Assembly: GCA_963845085.1 (NCBI GenBank)
Contig: CAWJQI010000001.1
Span: forward strand, 96,001-160,000
Reading direction: 5' to 3'
DNA length: 64,000 nucleotides
DNA from: Candidatus Fermentibacterota bacterium
Lineage (GTDB): Bacteria; Fermentibacterota; Fermentibacteria; Fermentibacterales; JCC-6
The notes beneath the pieces were generated by a model that was not told the DNA's origin, ran no database searches, and saw only the letters and a program-made list of their open reading frames with translations. This document shows, piece by piece, positions 17,461 through 26,800 of the stretch. Numbering within the stretch: position 1 is the first letter of the stretch; each line of letters opens with the position of its first letter. Position numbers and translations under genes: made by a program.

Positions 17461-18693
17461 CTACCTCACCAGCACAACCCGGGCCGATGCCTGCTGTTCA
17501 TTGCTTCGCAGTCTTATAAGGTATACGCCCGAGGCGAACCCGGAGCCTTCGGAATCAAGGCAGGCCCATTGGATTGAGTGTTCGCCCTCCGGCGAATCCC
17601 CGATGTCCACGGTTCCGACAAGGCGTCCGCTTGTGTCGTACACCTCAAGTGCTGCCCCGGTGAGCCCCGGCGAATTGAACAGGACGGTAAGCGTGCTGCT
17701 GCACGGATTGGGATGCACCGATGAAATGCTGAGAATGTTCGGAGAAGCGGAACCCGCGATCCCGGTATCCGTGGACTTCACTCCGAGGCTGTGAAGCCCT
17801 CCGCCGGCAAGCGCGACGAAGCTTTCATTGGGTGCGGGAACGTTCAGCTGGCCTCTGTCATTGAGCCCCCATGCTACAATCGATCCGAAGGATTTCAGGC
17901 CGAGGCTGTGCTGCCTTCCGCCCGCCAGGGCCACGAAATCGATGTTCGGTACGGGAACATTGCACTGGCCGTCATCGTTTCTTCCCCAGGCGGTAATTGA
18001 ACCGTCATCCCTCAGCCCGAGGCTGTGCTGGGCGCCAGCCGCAACGGCAATAAAACCCATGTTTGGAGAAGGGACTTCGCACTCGCCGTACATGTTCCTT
18101 CCCCATGCCACGATGGAGCCGTCGGACTTGAGGCCGAGGCTGTGATCGTAACCGGCTGCGATCGCGACGAAACCCTGGTTCGGCTCGGGCACGTTGCACT
18201 GCTCGTAGTAGTTCTGCCCCCAGGCCACGATGGAGCCGTCGGACTTTAGGCCGAGGCTGTGACCCCACCCGCCGGCAACCGCGATGAAGCCGGTGTTGGG
18301 ATATGGAACGCTGGACTGGCCGAACGTGTTGTCACCCCAGGCGACGATTGTTCCGTCCTGTCTGAGACCGAGGCTGTGGTAATTGCCCGAGGCAACCATG
18401 ATGTATCCGGTATTCGGCATGGGAACCTCGGACTGACCCTCGTCGTTCCTGCCCCATGCGGCAATGGAACCGTCCGCCCTGAGGCCAAGACTGTGGTACA
18501 TGCCTGCGGCAACGGCCACAAAACCCTCATTGGGCTCGGGAACCACGCACTGCCCATAATGCGGAAAGCCCGACTGACCTGGACCGCCCGCACCCCAGGC
18601 CACAACCTCGCCGTTGTACAGCCCCGGCGCGGCGCCTGAAACCAGAAGCAAGACCAGGGATGCGGGAAGCATGGAAACCTTGTGATGCCCCAT
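17461..18693 (-). CDS. Secreted RCC1/BLIP-II repeat protein with FlgD-Ig/T9SS-type CTD
   Basis: ATG follows AAGGAGG. Seven 39-aa repeats F.A.A.G..HSLGL..DG.I.AWG.N..GQ..VP.PN. Tail PNP...YDTSGR...SGVYLIRL. Confidence 0.88.
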   Translation of the reverse strand: MGHHKVSMLPASLVLLLVSGAAPGLYNGEVVAWGAGGPGQSGFPHYGQCVVPEPNEGFVAVAAGMYHSLGLRADGSIAAWGRNDEGQSEVPMPNTGYIMVASGNYHSLGLRQDGTIVAWGDNTFGQSSVPYPNTGFIAVAGGWGHSLGLKSDGSIVAWGQNYYEQCNVPEPNQGFVAIAAGYDHSLGLKSDGSIVAWGRNMYGECEVPSPNMGFIAVAAGAQHSLGLRDDGSITAWGRNDDGQCNVPVPNIDFVALAGGRQHSLGLKSFGSIVAWGLNDRGQLNVPAPNESFVALAGGGLHSLGVKSTDTGIAGSASPNILSISSVHPNPCSSTLTVLFNSPGLTGAALEVYDTSGRLVGTVDIGDSPEGEHSIQWACLDSEGSGFASGVYLIRLRSNEQQASARVVLVR

Positions 18694-19143
18694 TCTCTCC
18701 TCCTTCGGTACCAGTTCACCCACTGCCTGGTATTTGCCGCACCTGGAGCCGCAAGTCAAGAGCTCGCCGGGGGTCTCGGAACAGGGGGAACGCTCGTCAT
18801 CCCGTCGATGACGGGCTCGCTCCTGAAAGCCCGGATGAAACACAAAAGCTTACCCGCAGGAAGGTTTTCCCGGAGAATTGATATTGACCGCAGTGGCTCC
18901 GGGTGATAGTTTTCGGCTGCGATGTGCCTTTCGGGGTGCATCGCAGCCAAGTGTTCGAAAGAGAAGGTTTTGTCGAGGGGAAAGCTTTGTCATCGGACCT
19001 GGTTTCGTGTCAGGGCGGCAGGTTACGGTGATAACGGCGGATTCATGGTGAAAAAGGTGAAGCCCACCCCGGTATGACATGTCATGTTCTTATTACTCAA
19101 TAATGCCTTTGTTTCAAACCGCTTCATAATGAGAGGAAGCTCC

Positions 19144-19542
19144 ATGAGCAACAAGGTAAAAGTCCTGCTGGTGGACGATGACCCCGACTTCATCGAAGCG
19201 CACACGATCGTCCTGGAAGCCAGCGGCTTCGAGGTCATCTCAGCTTCGAGCGGAGCCGAAGGGCTCGCGAGGGTCAGGGATGACAGACCCGACATCGTGA
19301 TCCTCGATGTGATGATGGAAAACACGGACGAGGGGTTTGCCGTCGCCAGGAACATCAGGCGCACCCTCAACAGCGCCGTTCCCATCATCATGCTCACCTC
19401 GGTGGGCAAGGTGACGGGCTACGACTACAAACCTGACGAGCATCCGGATTTCTTCCCCGTCGAGGTCTTCCTCGAGAAGCCTGTCCAGCCTTCCGTTCTT
19501 GTCAGCAGGATCAGGGAACTCACCGGCAAGGGAGGGAACTAG
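19144..19542 (+). CDS. Single-domain response regulator (receiver only)
   Basis: Motifs LLVDDD, ILDVMM, MLTS and LEKP. Confidence 0.92.
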   Translation: MSNKVKVLLVDDDPDFIEAHTIVLEASGFEVISASSGAEGLARVRDDRPDIVILDVMMENTDEGFAVARNIRRTLNSAVPIIMLTSVGKVTGYDYKPDEHPDFFPVEVFLEKPVQPSVLVSRIRELTGKGGN

Positions 19543-20018
19543 TGGCGCGTCCTGTCGCAGAAATAGTGCGCGATGGTGCGAACCGCTGCGGCGCTCTCCG
19601 AAGCAGCGTTCTCATGCTGCTCACGGATGTGAACCGCGAGCTGGGGTTCGTGCCGGACGAGGCGGTCCGCGAGATCGCCAGGGTCTGCGGAACCAACATC
19701 GCAGACGTTCTCGGTGTGGCCACGTTCTATTCCTTCATCTCCCTTGAGCCCCGCGGCAGACATATCATCCGTCTCTGCGAAACGATAAGCTGCGCCATGA
19801 AGGGCGGGCCCGACATCCTCACCGCCATCGAGGAGGAACTCGGGATAAAGGCCGGAGAAACGACCCCCGACGGGCTTATCACGCTTGAAACTACGAGCTG
19901 CCTCGGGCTCTGCGACCAGAGCCCGGCCATGCTGATCGACGACACCCCGCACTCAAGGCTTACCCCGGAAAAAGCCTGTGAGATAGTCCGCGGGCTCAGA
20001 CAGGGAGGAAGGGCATGA
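19542..20018 (+). CDS. NuoE-like [2Fe-2S] subunit of the formate dehydrogenase complex
   Basis: Motifs VATFYS, CETISC and CLGLCDQSP. Confidence 0.92.
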   Translation: MARPVAEIVRDGANRCGALRSSVLMLLTDVNRELGFVPDEAVREIARVCGTNIADVLGVATFYSFISLEPRGRHIIRLCETISCAMKGGPDILTAIEEELGIKAGETTPDGLITLETTSCLGLCDQSPAMLIDDTPHSRLTPEKACEIVRGLRQGGRA

Positions 20019-21223
20019 AGAGGGAGGTTCTTCTTTCCGTAAACCAGCCCGAACTGGGCGGCGCCCTGCGCAAGGCGCTGGGCATGACGCCTGCCGACGT
20101 AGCGTTCGAGGTCAGGAACGCGAAGCTTCAGGGGCGCGGTGGTGCCGGTTTCCCGGCGGGAGTGAAGTGGGTGCTCGCGGGCGGTGCATCGGGCGCGCAG
20201 AAGTACGTGGTTTGCAACGCTGATGAGGGCGAGCCCGGAACATTCAAGGACAGGATCCTGATCGAAAAGTACTCCGACCGCCTCATCGAGGGCATGACCC
20301 TGGCCGGTTACGCCATCGGCTCCGACAGGGGGCTCATCTATCTCAGGGCCGAGTACCCCTACCTTGTCCCGGTGATCGAGGAGGCCGCCGCGCGAATGCG
20401 GAAGGCCGGGCTGCTCGGAAACGCCATTCTGGGCGGCAAATTCTCTTTCGACATCGAGATCCGCATGGGCGCCGGCGCCTACGTATGCGGTGAGGAGACT
20501 GCACTTCTCGACAGCATGGAGGGCAAGCGCGGCGAACCCCGAAACAAACCGCCATTCCCGGTAAACACCGGCTACCATGGCTGCCCGACCATCATCAACA
20601 ACGTTGAGACCTTTGTAACCGTGCCGCACATAATCCTCAACGGGGCGGACTGGTTCCTCGCGCTCGGCGAGGGAGGCGACTCCGGCACAAAGCTTTTCAG
20701 CATCTCCGGAGACGTTGAGAGACCCGGCGTCTACGAGCTTGCCATGGGCTCGACCATCGGCGAGCTTCTGGACCTCGCGGGCGCGAAGGACGTACAGGCG
20801 ATCCAGGTCGGCGGCGCGAGCGGAAGGACGATAAAGGGAAGCGACACGACCCGTGTCCTCTCCTTCCGAGACCTGCCCCCCGGCGGCAGTGTAATCGTCT
20901 TCAACCACACCCGCGACATGCTGCAGGTGCTCGAGAATTTCATGGAGTTCTTCGTGCACGAATCATGCGGTCAGTGCACGCCCTGCCGCGAGGGCAACCT
21001 TCAGCTCCTCCATGCGGTCGACACCCTCATCGAGGGCGGTTTCTGCTGCAGAAAGTCCCTCGAGGATTTCATGACGCTTGCCGAGGTCATGAGGGGCACG
21101 AGCAAGTGCGGTTTCGGCCAGACCTCATCCAACTGTTTCGTCGACATCGTCCGCGATTTCGTCGACCTTCCGGAAGACTGCGCGAGCAGCGGCGGCTGCT
21201 GCTGCGATGGAGGTGACTCGTGA
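20015..21223 (+). CDS. NuoF-like FMN/NADH-binding subunit
   Basis: Motifs GRGGAGFP, NADEGEPGTFKDR, GAGAYVCGEETAL, NNVET, ESCGQCTPCREG and SKCGFG. Confidence 0.94.
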   Translation: MKREVLLSVNQPELGGALRKALGMTPADVAFEVRNAKLQGRGGAGFPAGVKWVLAGGASGAQKYVVCNADEGEPGTFKDRILIEKYSDRLIEGMTLAGYAIGSDRGLIYLRAEYPYLVPVIEEAAARMRKAGLLGNAILGGKFSFDIEIRMGAGAYVCGEETALLDSMEGKRGEPRNKPPFPVNTGYHGCPTIINNVETFVTVPHIILNGADWFLALGEGGDSGTKLFSISGDVERPGVYELAMGSTIGELLDLAGAKDVQAIQVGGASGRTIKGSDTTRVLSFRDLPPGGSVIVFNHTRDMLQVLENFMEFFVHESCGQCTPCREGNLQLLHAVDTLIEGGFCCRKSLEDFMTLAEVMRGTSKCGFGQTSSNCFVDIVRDFVDLPEDCASSGGCCCDGGDS

Positions 21224-23919
21224 TGCCCAGCATCAACATCAATATCAATGGGAGGGACTTCTCCGTCCGCGAAGGCACAACGATCCTGGGAGCATGCAGT
21301 GAGGCGGGCATCCACATCCCCGTCCTCTGCTACCACCCCAGGCTCAAGATAGCCGGCAACTGCCGTCTTTGCTGCGTCGAGGTCGAGGGCATGAGAACCC
21401 TCCAGCCGGCATGCGTAACCCCCATCACCCCCGGAATGGTGGTCAAAACCGACAGCCCCCGGGTGATGCGGGCAAGGAAGACGATCGTGAACCTTCTGCT
21501 TGCGGCCCACAACTGCGACTGCCTCGTCTGCGAGGCGGCCGGCGCCTGCGAACTTCAGAAGGCCGCCTACGAGCTGGGGCTCGATGTGCGCTCCAGGCAG
21601 TTCTTCACGTTCGATGACGATCTGCCCGAGATAGACGATTCATCGCCGGTGCTGCAGTACGATCTCTCCAAGTGCATCAAGTGCACGCGCTGCATACGTG
21701 CCTGCGGCGAGATCCAGGGCAAGGAGATCATCTCCGCGATCCACCGCAGCGCCGAGGTCAGGGTTGCCGCCGGAATCGAAAGCTGGAGCGACTCCAGGTG
21801 CGACGGCTGCGGGGAGTGCATCCAGATCTGCCCGACGGGCGCTCTCAGCCAGAAATCATCCCCCGGCGTGAGGATCTGGGATGCGAAGAAGGTTCGCACC
21901 AGCTGCGCATACTGCGGGGTCGGCTGCCAGCTCGACATGTGGGTCCACGAAGGCAGGCTGGTGAAGGTCGAGGGCGCCGACATCGTTCCGAACTTCGGTT
22001 CCACCTGCGTAAAGGGCCGTTTCGGCCACGACTTCATCAACAGCGAAGACCGCCTCAAAACCCCCATGATCAGGCGGAACGGCGTTCTCGTCGAGGCCAC
22101 ATGGGATGAGGCTCTCGCCGAGATAGCTTTGAAACTCGGCAAAATACGGGATGAGCACGGTCCCGAGGCTGTGGCCGGGCTTGCGTCGGCAAGGGTTTCC
22201 AACGAGGAGAACTACCTCTTCCAGAAGATGATCCGTGCGGGATTCGGCACCAACAATGTCGACCACTGCGCACGCCTCTGCCACGCTTCCACCGTTGCGG
22301 GGCTCGCTGCCGCATTCGGCTCGGGCGCCATGACGAACTCCATAGCCGAGCTCGAGCATGCTAAGTGCATCCTGGTGACCGGCTCGAACACGACCGAAAC
22401 GCATCCCGTCATCGCGACGGTGATCAGGCGTGCGGTGCGCGAGCACGGTGCGAAGCTGATCGTGGTCGACCCCAGAAGGATAGACCTGGTCGACAATGCA
22501 GCGCTCTGGCTCCGCCAGAGGAACGGCACCGATGTCGCCTGGATGAACGGAATGATGAACGTCATCCTGACCGAGAACCTGCAGAACCAGGACTTCATCG
22601 ACCAGCGCACGGAGGGCTTCGAGGAGTTCCGCAGGGTGATCGAGAAATTCACCCCCGAGAGGGTCGAGGAGATCTCCGGCATCCCTGCGGACAAGCTCAG
22701 GGAGGCCGCAAGACTCTACGCCACCTCCGAAGCCTCGTCGATCATCTACTCCATGGGCATAACCCAGCATATAACCGGCACCGACAACGTCCTCTCTACA
22801 GCAAACCTGGCCATGATCACCGGCCAGATCGGCAAACCCTCGAGCGGCGTCAACCCTCTCCGCGGGCAGAACAACGTTCAGGGTGCATGTGACGTCGGCG
22901 CCCTGCCAAACGTGTACCCCGGCTACCAGAAGGTCAACGATCCGGCGATGCAGGAGAAGTTCGAGAAGGCCTGGGGAAGAAAGCTCTCCCCGAACATCGG
23001 CCTTACGATCATCGAGATGATGAACGCGCTCGAGCACGGCAAGGTCAGGGGAATGATCGTCATGGGCGAAAACCCCATGGTGTCCGACCCCAACCTCACC
23101 CATGTCGAGAAGGCGCTCCGCTCTGCCGAGTTCCTTGTTGTGATGGATATCTTCATGTCCGAAACCGCAGCGATCGCTGACGTGGTCCTCCCGGCAACCT
23201 CCTTCGCCGAGAAGCAGGGCACCTTCACGAACACCGAGCGCAGGGTCATTCTCCTTCGCGAGGTGCTCCCGCCCCCGGGTGAATCACGCCCCGACTGGAA
23301 GATCATCTGCGACCTTTCGACCGCACTCGGGTACCCCATGCACTACTCAAACGCGGCCGAGATCATGGACGAAATAGCCACCGTGACACCCATTTACGGC
23401 GGCATCCATCATCACAGGCTCTCCGAGACGGGTCTCCAGTGGCCGTGCCCCGGCAACGACCACCCCGGAACCGTCTTCCTCCACCGCGACAAGTTCAGCC
23501 GCGGTCTCGGCAAATTCCATCCCGTCGACTTCATCAACCCCGACGAGATGCCCGATGACGAGTATCCCTTCATCCTCTCAACGGGCAGGATTCTCTTCCA
23601 CTACCACACGGGAACGATGTCGAGACGGGTCGACGCGCTCAACGAGTACGTCGGGGAGGGTTACGCCGAGATCCATCCGAAGGACGCCGCACGTCTCGGG
23701 CTTGTGGATGGCGGAAGAGTGCTTGTAGCCACCCGAAGGGGAAGGATCGAAACCAAGGTCATGGCGACCGAACGTGTCGCCGAGGGATCGGTCTTCATTC
23801 CGTTCCACTTCGTCGAGGCGGCTGCGAACATGCTTACGAACGACGCCCTTGATCCGGTTGCGAAGATCCCGGAATTCAAGGTCGCGGCCTGCAGTCTCTC
23901 GAAGGTTGTCAACGGTTGA
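21220..23919 (+). CDS. fdhF: Formate dehydrogenase alpha subunit (Cys-ligated Mo/W-bisPGD, N-terminal Fe-S domains)
   Basis: N-terminal 2Fe-2S, HxxxCxxC and two 4Fe-4S motifs. Also CAYCGVGC, DHCARLCHAS, PLRGQNNVQG, GTFTNTERR and PEFK. Confidence 0.95.
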   Translation: MMPSINININGRDFSVREGTTILGACSEAGIHIPVLCYHPRLKIAGNCRLCCVEVEGMRTLQPACVTPITPGMVVKTDSPRVMRARKTIVNLLLAAHNCDCLVCEAAGACELQKAAYELGLDVRSRQFFTFDDDLPEIDDSSPVLQYDLSKCIKCTRCIRACGEIQGKEIISAIHRSAEVRVAAGIESWSDSRCDGCGECIQICPTGALSQKSSPGVRIWDAKKVRTSCAYCGVGCQLDMWVHEGRLVKVEGADIVPNFGSTCVKGRFGHDFINSEDRLKTPMIRRNGVLVEATWDEALAEIALKLGKIRDEHGPEAVAGLASARVSNEENYLFQKMIRAGFGTNNVDHCARLCHASTVAGLAAAFGSGAMTNSIAELEHAKCILVTGSNTTETHPVIATVIRRAVREHGAKLIVVDPRRIDLVDNAALWLRQRNGTDVAWMNGMMNVILTENLQNQDFIDQRTEGFEEFRRVIEKFTPERVEEISGIPADKLREAARLYATSEASSIIYSMGITQHITGTDNVLSTANLAMITGQIGKPSSGVNPLRGQNNVQGACDVGALPNVYPGYQKVNDPAMQEKFEKAWGRKLSPNIGLTIIEMMNALEHGKVRGMIVMGENPMVSDPNLTHVEKALRSAEFLVVMDIFMSETAAIADVVLPATSFAEKQGTFTNTERRVILLREVLPPPGESRPDWKIICDLSTALGYPMHYSNAAEIMDEIATVTPIYGGIHHHRLSETGLQWPCPGNDHPGTVFLHRDKFSRGLGKFHPVDFINPDEMPDDEYPFILSTGRILFHYHTGTMSRRVDALNEYVGEGYAEIHPKDAARLGLVDGGRVLVATRRGRIETKVMATERVAEGSVFIPFHFVEAAANMLTNDALDPVAKIPEFKVAACSLSKVVNG

Positions 23920-23955
23920 TGGTGCCCAGAAACACTCACAAGGAGAGTAAGAACG

Positions 23956-25279
23956 GTGACTGAACAGAAAAAGACAGTGAACAGGTGGCTTGTGGCCATC
24001 ATGGGGACGGTCCTTCAGATCTGTCTGGGGACCATCTACGCCTGGAGCTTCTTCCAGAACCCCCTCATGGCCTACGCAGGCTGGACCAACCAGCAGGTCG
24101 CATGGATCCTTTCCCTCGCAATCTGCTTCCTCGGACTCTCGGCAGCGGTAGGGGGCACTCTCCTGCCCAAGTTCGGCCCGCGCAAGCTCGCCATCACCGG
24201 CATCCTTCTGTATGCCCTCGGCTGGGTCATCGGTGGAATGGCCCTGGGGATGAAGAGCCTGCCTCTCCTCTACATCGGCTTGGGCGCCATCGGCGGCATC
24301 GGCCTCGGCCTCGGCTATGTGACGCCGGTTGCCACGGCCGCCAAGTGGTTCCCCGACAAGAAGGGTTTCATCACCGGCATGGTCGTCATGGGCTTCGGCC
24401 TTGGCGCACTTCTGATGAGCAAGGTGATCGCCCCCGTGTTCGTTGACGCCTTCACCACCACTCCCGCCGGCGGCGGCGACCCCGTCACCGCATGGCCTTC
24501 GGTCTTCTACTTCATCGCACTTGCCCTTGGAGTTCCGGGGCTCATCGCGGCATCGATCATGCAGAACCCCGTGGCGGGCTTCGTGCCCGCAGGCTGGAAA
24601 CCCTCCGTGGCCGAATCCGCAGCCAATGCAACGATCCCCGTCCAGCCCCGCCCGTGCGTTCTCTCGAAGAGGTTCGCCCTCATGTGGGTCTATCTTCTTC
24701 TGCAACATCACGGCCGGGATCATGTTCATCGGCTTCCAGTCCCCCCTTCTCCAGGACCTTCTCAAGCTCGAGGATCCCGGCATGGCTCCCGCAGCCCTTG
24801 CAGCAGCTGGCGCGACCCTCATCGGTATCAGCTCGCTGTTCAACGGCATCGGCCGCTTCTTCTGGGGCGGCATCTCCGACAAGATCGGCCGCACCCAGAC
24901 CTTCAGGCTGCTTCTCGGAACCCAGATCCTCGTTTTTGTGGCGCTTGTGTTCATCAAGAGCCCCATCCTCTTCAGCGTCTTCGTCTGCTACATCCTGCTG
25001 TGCTACGGCGGCGGCTTCGGAACAGCGCCCTCTTTCGTGATGACCGTGTTCGGCAGCAAGGTAATGGCCGTTGTGTACGGCTGCCTGCTCACGGCCTGGT
25101 CGATGGCCGGCATAGTGGGACCCCAGGTCGCGGCACGCATCAAGGACTCCTTCCCCGCCGATCCCATGAAGGCGGCTTCCACCACATTCCTCGTGGGCGC
25201 CGGGTTCCTGACTCTCGGCTTCATTGTTTCCCTGTTCGTGAACAACAAGCCCTTTGCAGCAACCTGCAAAAAGGCCTGA
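23956..25279 (+). pseudogene. OFA-family MFS transporter (oxalate/formate antiporter-like), split by a +1 frameshift near 24687
   Basis: GTIYAWS and KWFPDKKG are in one frame. FNGIGRFFWGGISDKIGR, CYGGGFG and YG.LLTAW are in the next. Deleting one G from ATGTGGGTCT restores MWSIFFCN. This may be an assembly error. Confidence 0.85.
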
Positions 25280-25293
25280 TCCTGAAACCTGCT

Positions 25294-25317
25294 CCGGGGG
25301 ACCTGCGGGTCCCCCGG
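25294..25317 (+). terminator. GC-rich hairpin after the transporter gene
   Basis: CCGGGGGACC-TGCG-GGTCCCCCGG is a perfect 10 bp stem. The U-tract is weak. Confidence 0.5.
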
Positions 25318-25379
25318 CCCCCCTTCACGGTGCAAACCACTCCCCAGCCGGCTTTCAGCCGGGTGACCAAAACGATCGG

Positions 25380-26084
25380 ATGGCGATGCATCCCACCGCT
25401 TCGAGAGACATCCTGACACTGCGGGCCGGAATGGTCGAACGCCACTCCGATGTGCTGGTGCAGCAGATCAGCCGCACCTTCATCGTGAACGGTTCACCGG
25501 CTGGGGTGTCCGTGTGCAGCCCCGGCGATGCGGAAAACCACTGTCTGGGTTTTCTTCTGACCGAAGGCCTCCTTGCGCCCGGCGAGTCTCCGCTTTCAAT
25601 GCGGATAGATGGCGAGGATGCAAGCGTGGTTCTGCGCGACCGGACCGAACCCCTGCCCCCGCTTCCGGTGACCTCCGACCTGGTCATCCCGGTGGGAGCG
25701 CTTCTCAAAATGACCGCATTGGCAGCCGGACTTTCCGAAATCCACAAGACAACCGGGGGAACCCATTCAGCCTGCATCTTTTTCGAGGGTGCACCGCGGT
25801 GCCACTTCGAGGATATCAGCAGGAGCGCGGCATTCGAGAAAGCAGCAGGGGCAGCTGCGGCCGCGGGAATCCCGCTCGATCGCTCCATGCTCTGCCTTTC
25901 ATCCAGGGTGCCCGAGGGTTTCATCCACAAGGCTGCGCGGGCTCGCATCCCCATAATCTCCGCAGTATCGGCGCCCACCCTTCAGGCGGCGGAAGAAGCT
26001 GACAGGCTCGGCATATGCCTCTGCGGTTTCGTCCGGGGTTCCAGGGCCAACATCTATTCCTGCCCCTATCGGGTCGGATCATGA
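25380..26084 (+). CDS. fdhD: Formate dehydrogenase accessory protein FdhD (divergent, shortened)
   Basis: Motifs SPGD...GFLLTEG, TGGTHSA, EDISR..A.EK, SSR, SAPT and LCGFVRG. Start codon uncertain. Confidence 0.85.
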   Translation: MAMHPTASRDILTLRAGMVERHSDVLVQQISRTFIVNGSPAGVSVCSPGDAENHCLGFLLTEGLLAPGESPLSMRIDGEDASVVLRDRTEPLPPLPVTSDLVIPVGALLKMTALAAGLSEIHKTTGGTHSACIFFEGAPRCHFEDISRSAAFEKAAGAAAAAGIPLDRSMLCLSSRVPEGFIHKAARARIPIISAVSAPTLQAAEEADRLGICLCGFVRGSRANIYSCPYRVGS

Positions 26085-26671
26085 CCCCGTCTGAGATGAC
26101 GCTTCTCATCCTGGCGGGCGGCGAGTCCACCAGAATGGGTACGCCCAAACACCTGCTGCCCGTTCCGGAAGGAACAATGCTCGACCGCATAATCGCCCGG
26201 ATCGGCGGCATGTTCAGTGAGGTTGTGGTGGTCGGCCGGAGCATTCAGCCTCCGGCTGAGGGCATCCTCGTCGCAGACGACATCCGAAGCGAACGGTGCC
26301 CGCTGGTCGGCATACTCTCCGGGCTCCTGGTCTCCAAGAGCGCCTTCTCATTCGTGCTCGCATGCGACATGCCGTTCGTCGAGCCCCCGATCATCGAGCT
26401 GATCGCCTCGAAGGCGGGTGCGGGAGGGGAAGTGGTGGTCCCCGTGATCAGGGGGCTCTTTGAACCGCTCTGCGCGGTGTACGGACGTTCCGTCACAGGC
26501 AGGATTACCGAATGCCTCGACGCCGGCAGGACCAAGACAACATGCTTCTACCCCCTGGTCAGCGTCGCGAAGGTTCCCGAGGCGGAGATCCGCCTGATCG
26601 ACCCCGAACTCGCCTCGTTCGTGAATCTCAACACACCCTCTGACTATCGAAGACATTGCGCCACTTCCTGA
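26081..26671 (+). CDS. mobA: Molybdenum cofactor guanylyltransferase
   Basis: Motifs ILAGGESTRMG.PK, ACDMPF, EPLCAVY and NLNTP.D. Confidence 0.92.
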   Translation: MTPSEMTLLILAGGESTRMGTPKHLLPVPEGTMLDRIIARIGGMFSEVVVVGRSIQPPAEGILVADDIRSERCPLVGILSGLLVSKSAFSFVLACDMPFVEPPIIELIASKAGAGGEVVVPVIRGLFEPLCAVYGRSVTGRITECLDAGRTKTTCFYPLVSVAKVPEAEIRLIDPELASFVNLNTPSDYRRHCATS

Positions 26672-26800
26672 ACCTTCCTTCTCAAAGGGGATGTGACGCC
26701 GCCGTGGAATGACCGCCGGGAAGCTGACACCCGGCATTTTTCGTTCTATGTTCAGCCCTTGTCCGGCATCAGAATGGGCCACACGCGCAGGAGGAACCAC

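Noticed and set aside
17780..18620. Nucleotide repeats resembling a CRISPR array or DGR
   Set aside because: They are in-frame 117-nt coding repeats of an RCC1-type propeller. There are no spacers, cas genes or reverse transcriptase.
18700..19050. Cobalamin or Moco riboswitch in the long intergenic region
   Set aside because: Only isolated GCCACTG and GGGAA fragments are present. The full conserved core was not found.
22260..22290. Possible selenocysteine in FDH
   Set aside because: The active-site codon is TGC (CARLCH). There is no in-frame TGA.
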